Virus record (IMG/VR): IMGVR_UViG_3300017917_004093
Location: 121 to 64,120 of that record
DNA from: a virus
Lineage: Duplodnaviria > Caudoviricetes
Strand: one strand, 5' to 3'
DNA length: 64,000 nt
Position 1 is the stretch's first letter. Every line of letters begins with the position of its first letter. The position numbers were made by a program, and so were the translations under genes. Under the pieces are notes generated by a model. That model did not search any database. It was not told where the DNA came from and worked only from the letters and a program-made list of their open reading frames with translations. Shown in pieces: positions 57,602 to 64,000 of the stretch.

Positions 57602-58603
57602 TTATGTGGCAGAAATTGAAGTTCCCAGGGCCACACGCTTCCAAGAACCTGCACTATACACAGCAAGACAAGGGTTTCCGGTATCACCGTTGCTGACATA
57701 AATCAGTTGTCCAGCAGTAGGAGTTGGAAGTGCATTGGCCTGGATCACAGTGTATACAGGTAGCTGTAGACTGGATGAAACATTTACATTGCTTAGGTAG
57801 GCGCCAGTGTTGGCAAACACAGCAATGTCGCTGGTTCCGTTCACAGATATTTGCACATTGCTGTTGGCACTGTTGATAGTGACAAAACTGTTGCCGTTGA
57901 CAATGCCTGTCACGGTTGATGTACTGGCAATAAAACGTATCTGTATGATATCAGTTACAATGGGCGTGGTAGTAAAATTTATCTGATTGCCGCTGACAGT
58001 GTAGTCTGTAGTAGGAGTCTGGTTTAGACCGTTGATTGTGACCAAGATAGCTTCGGCCACAGTGGTTTGATCCAGTGTAAACGTGGATGTGCTACCATCA
58101 GGCACAATGGTTTGATTGCTGATCACACTCAAATCATTGGTAGCTGCTGCCCAGGTTGTACCGTCCCAAACTTCTAGACTGGTCAATGTGGTATTGAAGC
58201 GTACTGCTCCGAGATCTGGACTTCCTGGACGCTCTAGTGTGTTACCTACAGGAACATAAAATGCATCAGTGCCTACAATTCTGGTATACCCGTTGGCGTC
58301 AATCAGTATGTTGCCTGCAGCAGTGCTGGAAATTGTCATCACACCGTTGCTTTCAATATTGGCAGTGTTTAGTGTGTTTATTGCATTTATGTTGCCGTTG
58401 GCTGTGACATCTGTGTTGGCCAAAACATTGCCGCCCACAGTGAGTGTAGCTGGTGCCACATTGGCATTTATGGCCACTTTGGTATTGGCAATATCCAAAT
58501 ACAGTGTGCTGTTGCTGCCGGAGGTGTCTTGAAAACTCAGGTTTATGCCGTCCCGCAAGAGGGTGCTTTGGAACATTTGACCCGAAAGACGACTGATTGC
58601 CAT
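57602..58603 (-). CDS. virion structural protein
   Basis: VPVGNT.ERP..G.VRFNT and DGSTSTFTL..INGL.Q.P..DYTV modules. Confidence 0.7.
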   Translation of the reverse strand: MAISRLSGQMFQSTLLRDGINLSFQDTSGSNSTLYLDIANTKVAINANVAPATLTVGGNVLANTDVTANGNINAINTLNTANIESNGVMTISSTAAGNILIDANGYTRIVGTDAFYVPVGNTLERPGSPDLGAVRFNTTLTSLEVWDGTTWAAATNDLSVISNQTIVPDGSTSTFTLDQTTVAEAILVTINGLNQTPTTDYTVSGNQINFTTTPIVTDIIQIRFIASTSTVTGIVNGNSFVTINSANSNVQISVNGTSDIAVFANTGAYLSNVNVSSSLQLPVYTVIQANALPTPTAGQLIYVSNGDTGNPCLAVYSAGSWKRVALGTSISAT

Positions 58604-58635
58604 GTTTTTTATCCCTGAACAGGATATTTACCTTG

Positions 58636-59034
58636 TTAGCTGCTGGAGTGAATCACGTTGATTGGCACACCATTGGGAGGAGCAGATGTAAATGTGATAT
58701 CAAAACCGCCATCCACAGTGTAGTTGGTCACAGGAATCTGATACAGGCTGCCCACAAACACAATGATTTCTTCAGCATTGCTTTCGGCCAAGCTCATGGT
58801 AAACACAGTGCTGCTGCCATCACCTGTGAAGTTGTCCACAGTGTAGTTGATGCCGCCCGACACTGTTAGGCTTTGAAAAATGCTGCCGTTGAAAAATTCA
58901 ATTAGTCCTGTGTCGGTATTGTAACGTATCAAACCAAACACAGGTGCATCGGGCCTAGTGGCACTGCTGCCTGTAGGTATGACCATACCGGTGCTGCCAC
59001 TTTGAAACTTGCGATTTTTTAAAAAATATCCCAT
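58636..59034 (-). CDS. small virion structural protein
   Basis: IPTGSSATRP..GLIRYNT and FTGDGS..FT modules. Confidence 0.7.
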   Translation of the reverse strand: MGYFLKNRKFQSGSTGMVIPTGSSATRPDAPVFGLIRYNTDTGLIEFFNGSIFQSLTVSGGINYTVDNFTGDGSSTVFTMSLAESNAEEIIVFVGSLYQIPVTNYTVDGGFDITFTSAPPNGVPINVIHSSS

Positions 59035-59348
59035 TAGATTGATGTATAACTGACCACAGCAGCCACAGCATTATTGGCACCGGCACTGACTTGAATAGTG
59101 TCGCTGTTGGCCAAAATTAGCTTTTCGTTGCCTGCGTAGAATTGGAATGTATCGCCTGTGGTAATCAACACATTGCTCACAGACAAATTCAAATTGCCAG
59201 CACTGTCTCCACTGGGCACAATGAACACATTGGCAGTAACATTGGATGCACTGTAGTTGCACAAACTCAAATAAGTGACGGCGGTGTTACCAGAGCTGAT
59301 GTATACGTTGGCTGTGGCAGTGGTAACGTTGGCTGTTGATAATGACAT
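59034..59348 (-). CDS. small virion structural protein
   Basis: 104 aa beta-rich; LSLCN, EKLILANSD. Confidence 0.65.
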   Translation of the reverse strand: MSLSTANVTTATANVYISSGNTAVTYLSLCNYSASNVTANVFIVPSGDSAGNLNLSVSNVLITTGDTFQFYAGNEKLILANSDTIQVSAGANNAVAAVVSYTSI

Positions 59349-59357
59349 ATATAATCC

Positions 59358-59984
59358 TTAAAGTATGATACTCAGTAGTTTGGCGCGATTGTAGGCTATC
59401 AGTTCATCGTCGATGGTAGAGGATACCAGATACAGTCCTGTTTCTGCTGCGCCGGGCTGTGCATTGTAAATTACCACAGAGTTGGCCACTGAACTGGGTG
59501 TTCCGCCTACGTTGCCCAAAACCTGTGGTCCTTTCAACGTCAAAATATTGGTAAGTTTATCAAATGTAAGATTGGCTGATGCACCAAAAATGCCGCCATC
59601 GTTGAACTGAATTTGAGTGTTTGAGCCGCCCACAAAAGATCCACCGCCACCGGTGTTGATATTAGCGTAGGACGCAATGGGGGATCCATCGGAATTGACA
59701 CTGGTGCTGATTTGCCACGCATTGGCAGTGACATCGAATCTCAAACCAGCATAGCTGCCTGTGCCCTTGGTGGCAACCAATCCCATGTCAGTGACTGTGC
59801 CTGTGTTGTTGGCAGCCACAATGATAAATGCATCGTTGACTGCTAGATCAGCAACATAGGTTATGTTACCAGCAACATTCAAGTTGCCGTTGACGTTCAT
59901 TGTGCCCGTCCATTTGGAATTGCCCGAGTCATAGGGACCCAGATTGACTGTGTAATCACCGCTGGTAGTTTTGAACGTTGACAT
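59358..59984 (-). CDS. virion structural protein
   Basis: GNLNVAGN, GGSNTQIQFNDGG.FG module; TAAATA at 60007-60002. Confidence 0.65.
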   Translation of the reverse strand: MSTFKTTSGDYTVNLGPYDSGNSKWTGTMNVNGNLNVAGNITYVADLAVNDAFIIVAANNTGTVTDMGLVATKGTGSYAGLRFDVTANAWQISTSVNSDGSPIASYANINTGGGGSFVGGSNTQIQFNDGGIFGASANLTFDKLTNILTLKGPQVLGNVGGTPSSVANSVVIYNAQPGAAETGLYLVSSTIDDELIAYNRAKLLSIIL

Positions 59985-60572
59985 TTAGAAATCCTTCTGC
60001 TTATTTAGCCGGTCTATGAATTGGTCCAAACTCAAGCTTTTGATGTTTTTTATCTTGTCAAATTCGGGTATGCGAGCAGTGGTGCTGCCTACTACTCTAT
60101 AAAAAGTCACAGTGTCAAAATCCTTACACATGGTCAAAATCTGTTTGACCCAATTTCCAGTGTAAGTAGGACTGGAATTGGCAGCTTTGTAAAATTCAGT
60201 GTCTGCATAAAGATTGTTAAAAGTTTTGTTTTCGCTGGGCCCCATGTCAAACCCGACCATGTAGATTCTGCGATGCCCGTCTAGGGCTGCTAGCCCAACT
60301 GCGATGGGCCCAGAACTGAAACCAAAATACTGTTGAGGCACAGCATATGCGCCTTGACCAGGTGTGGGTCTCCGTGTGTAAAATTTGTTTTGTAGCGGAT
60401 AACCAGTGCTTTCAATGTGCAGAGCTATGGGGCGGTCTGTGGCCACCAACACATCGGGAGTAAAATCCCGGTACAATGCATTGCAACCATAGATGGGCCC
60501 GTGCATTTGTATGTCGTTCAGCGGTAATCCACGACGACTGGTTCCATTTCCCAATACAAATGCTGCGGCCAT
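59985..60572 (-). CDS. MAF/sialyltransferase-like Rossmann protein
   Basis: VLGNGTSR, YGCNALYRDF.PD.LVATD, SSGP.A, IYMVGFDM. Confidence 0.55.
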   Translation of the reverse strand: MAAAFVLGNGTSRRGLPLNDIQMHGPIYGCNALYRDFTPDVLVATDRPIALHIESTGYPLQNKFYTRRPTPGQGAYAVPQQYFGFSSGPIAVGLAALDGHRRIYMVGFDMGPSENKTFNNLYADTEFYKAANSSPTYTGNWVKQILTMCKDFDTVTFYRVVGSTTARIPEFDKIKNIKSLSLDQFIDRLNKQKDF

Positions 60573-60607
60573 AAAAAATCCTCACAGTATATAGCTGTGA
60601 GGATTTT
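60573..60607 (-). terminator. 13 bp hairpin plus T tract; also covers the SD of 59985..60572
   Basis: AAAATCCTCACAG-7nt-CTGTGAGGATTTT with the T run directly before ATG 60572. Confidence 0.65.
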
Positions 60608-60621
60608 GATAGTGGACCAAA

Positions 60622-61431
60622 TTAAGAAGTATACTTCTCCACTTGAGCCAATTCAATGTCGCCAGTGGTGTTGGCAAATGTGGCTGCTTCGGCACCGGAC
60701 TTGGCTGCTTGTGCAGCAGCATCATCAGTGAAGAAGTTGGCAACATATTGATCTTCGCCGCTGTAAACCACTTGACCCACGTTGTTGTTGCCTGAGTAAG
60801 AAGTCAAACTTGTTCCAGCTGCATTTTGGAAATTGCTCCAGTTCAACAAGAACTTGTTGGTCAGCTTGGAAACAGCAACTTCTGTGGAATCACCACCCAG
60901 TGCATAGCTGATACTCATGAGTCCAGCACCTGGTGTCAAATCGCTGGTCAACACGCACACACCAACTTCTTGAGCTGTGCCTGTGGTTCCGCCTGCACTG
61001 ACCGCAGTGGGAGTAAAGATTGTGCCTACTACTGCACCTGCTGGTGCACCCATGGCTTGCCAGTTGGTATCGCCTAGTACTGTGATTCTCAGTGCAACAC
61101 CCACAACTGCGTTGGAAGGATCAATGCTGGCAGTGGTTGCAACCAAATATTTGTGGCTGCCTTTTTGGCGCAGGATCACACCAGGAGTTTGACCTGAATA
61201 GCTGTTGGTGATGTTGACTTCAACTTTGACCACAGGATAAGTTGCGCTGACATCAGTGCCGCGTGTGCCACCAACTACACCATAGAAATTAGATGTGGTC
61301 AATGAATTATAGTAAGCAGGATTAGTCAAGCTGCCAAAGTTAGGATAACCTTGATCGATTGGCACTGCTGCACCGGGTGCGCCTTGGCCAGAGTTAGTGG
61401 AATATTTTTGAATTTTGAGAGGACGTCCCAT
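60622..61431 (-). CDS. putative abundant virion protein
   Basis: MGRPLKI start, ILRQKGSHKYLV, VSKLTNKF; strong AAGGAG SD and late promoter 61523-61518. Confidence 0.65.
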   Translation of the reverse strand: MGRPLKIQKYSTNSGQGAPGAAVPIDQGYPNFGSLTNPAYYNSLTTSNFYGVVGGTRGTDVSATYPVVKVEVNITNSYSGQTPGVILRQKGSHKYLVATTASIDPSNAVVGVALRITVLGDTNWQAMGAPAGAVVGTIFTPTAVSAGGTTGTAQEVGVCVLTSDLTPGAGLMSISYALGGDSTEVAVSKLTNKFLLNWSNFQNAAGTSLTSYSGNNNVGQVVYSGEDQYVANFFTDDAAAQAAKSGAEAATFANTTGDIELAQVEKYTS

Positions 61432-61549
61432 TTGTTTTCTCCTTAAAGAAGTCCAATGTGGGTTCTAGCCACTACGCGGTGGTATCCGCATAAAACGCAG
61501 GATTGCGTTGTTAATTTTATTTATGGCACAGGTTCAATTTAAATAACCC

Positions 61550-62701
61550 ATGAATTATCAACAACTGATCGACACAGGCATACATCACAGAGAGCTTACC
61601 GAACCTGAACAAGCTCTGGCCTGTTTTGGTCAGGCTTTTATACTGGTGCCTGATTCAGCAGCAGCTTTCAACAATTATGGAAATACTCTGAGAGAGATGG
61701 GATTCCCTCAACGAGCTATTCCTTTTTTGCAGCATGCCTGCATACTTGATCCCAACATGGACACAGCGCACTTCAATCTAGCAGTGGCCACACTCATGAC
61801 CGGCGACTTGCAAACTGGTATGAAACTATATGAATCACGATGGAATTTTGAACATCTCAAAGGCATGCTACCTCAATTCTCACAACCACAATGGCGTGGA
61901 CAAGACTTACAGAACCGCACTATTTTGATATTTGGTGAACAAGGTCATGGAGATGTCATACAGTTTGTGAGATTTTTAGCTGACTTACAAAAACTCAAAC
62001 CCAAACGCATATTGTTTCAAGGATTGCCAAACATCAGCAGCTTGTTGCAAAATAGTTTTCCAGGAGTGGACATATTAGATCCTTCGCAGCCACTGCCAGA
62101 TTTTGACTACTGGTGCATGGCCATGAGCTTGCCCATTGGATTGAATTTGACTTATGACACTTTAAATGCACCACCCTGTTATTTGCAAGCTCCACCCAGC
62201 ACAGTAAATCTTTGGCGATCGAGATTGGCACCAAAAACACAGCCCCGTGTTGGCGTGTGTTGGAGTGGGCGCAAAGATACCTGGTTGAACCGTCACAAGG
62301 CTGTGCCATTTCAGCATGTGGTTGAACTTATCCGCAACAATCCTCAGCTGCATTGGATTAATCTACAGGCTGATGCCACCCAAGAAGAAAATCAAGTTCT
62401 CACTAAATTGGGAGTGTCGCAATATCCCGGAACCATACAATGCTGGGCCGATACTGCAGGACTCATACAAAACTTGGACCTGGTCATAGGAATGGACACT
62501 GCCGTCAGCCATTTGGCCGGGGCGTTGGGCATACCTGTTTGGATCATGCTGAATCAATACGCACTGGATTGGCGCTGGTTGTTGGATCGAAACGACAGTC
62601 CATGGTATCCTAGTGCCAAACTGTTTAGGCAACCCCGACGCGGGGATTGGGCAAGTGTAATACAACAAATTTGCCATTATCTAAGACAATCCAAACTTTG
62701 A
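61550..62701 (+). CDS. TPR-repeat glycosyltransferase (GT9-like C-terminus)
   Basis: N-terminal TPRs (AFNNYGNTL, AHFNLA); EQGHGDVIQFVRF; LDLVIGMDTAVSHLAGALG; DWRW..SPWYPS..LFRQ. Confidence 0.85.
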   Translation: MNYQQLIDTGIHHRELTEPEQALACFGQAFILVPDSAAAFNNYGNTLREMGFPQRAIPFLQHACILDPNMDTAHFNLAVATLMTGDLQTGMKLYESRWNFEHLKGMLPQFSQPQWRGQDLQNRTILIFGEQGHGDVIQFVRFLADLQKLKPKRILFQGLPNISSLLQNSFPGVDILDPSQPLPDFDYWCMAMSLPIGLNLTYDTLNAPPCYLQAPPSTVNLWRSRLAPKTQPRVGVCWSGRKDTWLNRHKAVPFQHVVELIRNNPQLHWINLQADATQEENQVLTKLGVSQYPGTIQCWADTAGLIQNLDLVIGMDTAVSHLAGALGIPVWIMLNQYALDWRWLLDRNDSPWYPSAKLFRQPRRGDWASVIQQICHYLRQSKL

Positions 62702-62740
62702 GCTGTATAATCAGTACTGCACCATCAAGCACTGATTATT

Positions 62741-63166
62741 TTGGACCTCACTAAAGAAGACGCCGACAAACGAAGCAGCCTACCATATCCCATGGAGCTG
62801 GGTAGCCCTGCATTTGCACCAGTAAACGTCAAGGAACAAAAAGACATTATCTTAAACACCAGCAAGCTTCATGCTCAAGAAGAATACAATCGTATCATGG
62901 AGCAGGTTGAGGTGTTGAAAAAGCAAGCCGACTCGCTGATGAATCGCATGGCGGTGAGTGATGTCATGCACAAATGCGTTTACGGATTTAGACCAGTGCA
63001 TGGGCAAACCTACTATGTTTATCACAACGATCTCAAGGATGTGAATTGGTTGACTCGCACTCATCCCAAAAAGTGGGCCGCTGGGCCCGGTGAAAACAAT
63101 CAATATGTGATGGCAGTCAAACTGCTGGGCGATAGTTCTTGGCAAGAAGTTGCGCTAGAAGACTAA
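62741..63166 (+). CDS. DUF2452-like protein
   Basis: LPYP...GSPAF, coiled coil, Y.FRPV.GQTYY.Y; TTG start uncertain. Confidence 0.6.
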   Translation: MDLTKEDADKRSSLPYPMELGSPAFAPVNVKEQKDIILNTSKLHAQEEYNRIMEQVEVLKKQADSLMNRMAVSDVMHKCVYGFRPVHGQTYYVYHNDLKDVNWLTRTHPKKWAAGPGENNQYVMAVKLLGDSSWQEVALED

Positions 63167-63189
63167 GATAGCCCACTATAAATAATCAT

Positions 63190-63292
63190 ATATTACCGCT
63201 GACAAAATGTAATATAGGTCGTAAAATTATTATTATTGAGCTTGTGCTACTCCCTGTTTGACCGCCTTGGATGCACAAGCTTTTAATTTTTC
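63190..63292 (+). ncRNA. candidate late small RNA
   Basis: TATAAATA at 63177-63184, no ORF, two hairpins and a T-rich end. Confidence 0.35.
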
Positions 63293-63310
63293 TTATTTCA
63301 AACTTCAGCT

Positions 63311-63607
63311 TTATGTCAATCTTACAAAAACCTGCCCAGTGGGTTGGTAATAGGATTGACCAACAAATACACCAGCTGCGGCAGCAGCACTGTCGTCAAC
63401 ATAGGGTCCAGGTATGGTTGAAATAGTGGTAAGTTGTCCCACATTGTTGCCAATGTACAGTGCGGGTGGATCAACCTCAAGGTTTACTACCAGCTCACCG
63501 GGTCTAGCGTTGCCGTTGTAGTTGACCAAAGTTACTTGAGCATTGTCTTTCATTACAGCACGTGATATGCCAGTGATGCTGTCGTAAGGTGGTGGTGTGT
63601 TGTCCAT
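63311..63607 (-). CDS. small late hypothetical protein
   Basis: TAAATA at 63620-63615, 7 nt before ATG. Confidence 0.65.
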   Translation of the reverse strand: MDNTPPPYDSITGISRAVMKDNAQVTLVNYNGNARPGELVVNLEVDPPALYIGNNVGQLTTISTIPGPYVDDSAAAAAGVFVGQSYYQPTGQVFVRLT

Positions 63608-63632
63608 AGCAGAATATTTATTTGGTCAAAGG

Positions 63633-63654
63633 AAAAGGCCCCGAAGGGCCTTTT
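63633..63654. terminator. intrinsic terminator after the major capsid gene
   Basis: AAAAGGCCC-TTCG-GGGCCTTTT on the minus strand. Confidence 0.85.
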
Positions 63655-63678
63655 TGGTTTTGCAATCCAGCTGTTTGA

Positions 63679-64000
63679 TTAGCTGAAAGACAAGTTCTGA
63701 ACAGCAATCTCACCCAGGTAGTCAGCTGCGTTACCGAAGCTGCTTGCTGTGTTGGTAAGCTCAATGTAACCATAACGGGTCATGAAGCTCACAACTGGTT
63801 CGAATGTTGTTGGATCTAGAACAACACCAGAGCTCATTAGAGGAATGTATGGGCAGTAGAATGCTGCGGCATCAGCCTCGGAAGAACCCTTGTAACCAAC
63901 TAGCACAGGAGTGGTGTCAGCAGCGTAGCTGTCAACAAACACACGCATTGCGCCGTTCAGTGTACCAACAAACTTGGTGTTGGTAGGTGCTTCGAAAGTA
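63679..64000 (-). CDS. major capsid protein (gp23-like), 3' part
   Basis: GTLNG..RVFVD.Y, VGYKG, DAAAFYCPYIPL, DP.TFEP..SFMTRYG. Confidence 0.93.
   Translation of the reverse strand, partial: TFEAPTNTKFVGTLNGAMRVFVDSYAADTTPVLVGYKGSSEADAAAFYCPYIPLMSSGVVLDPTTFEPVVSFMTRYGYIELTNTASSFGNAADYLGEIAVQNLSFS

Noticed and set aside
61432-61510. Leader as a pistol or twister ribozyme, or a tRNA
   Set aside because: The GTGG-loop-CCAC stem is superficially pistol-like, but the long pseudoknot partner and conserved core are missing; no cloverleaf was seen here or elsewhere by eye
62707-62739. 9 bp inverted repeat ATAATCAGT/ACTGATTAT before the DUF2452-like gene
   Set aside because: AT-rich stem with a long loop, no T tract and an uncertain start codon; too weak to assign a role
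1-64000. Many plus-strand ORFs antisense to long genes (e.g. 2256..2798, 12494..13081, 29321..29854, 54542..54970)
   Set aside because: Shadow ORFs of real minus-strand genes, with no motifs, promoters or RBS
1-64000. Stop-codon reassignment
   Set aside because: Core genes are full length in the standard code; TAG stops look rare, but no gene is broken by TAG or TGA

Overview
A 64 kb segment of a large T4-like (myovirus-type) phage genome, with most genes on the minus strand. From left to right it holds: a UvsW helicase and an uncharacterised P-loop ATPase; a roughly 7 kb glycosyltransferase / nucleotidyltransferase / methyltransferase island; uvsY, uvsX and gp32; the terminase large subunit; a cluster of likely capsid-internal proteins with an Ntn-hydrolase and a class-I GATase; gp4, tail tube and tail sheath; dNMP kinase and a DexA-like exonuclease; neck and tail-terminator genes; a long block of fibre/LamG virion proteins; a TPR-glycosyltransferase; and the 3' end of the major capsid gene. 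Two promoter classes can be read directly from the sequence: sigma70-type TTGAC(N)-17-TANNNT and a T4-late-like TAAATA. The most notable observations are: (1) the glycan island and the TPR-GT appear to be under late control, and the fibres are dense in N-x-S/T sequons, so this is a candidate virion glycosylation system; (2) many start codons sit at the predicted +1, implying leaderless mRNAs; (3) RBS-occluding hairpins are paired with late promoters; (4) a candidate late small RNA and a structured 5' leader; (5) a cassette of proteins with T4-like capsid-targeting N-termini, plus a candidate protease-processed polyprotein. All family assignments come from motif recognition by eye, not from database searches.
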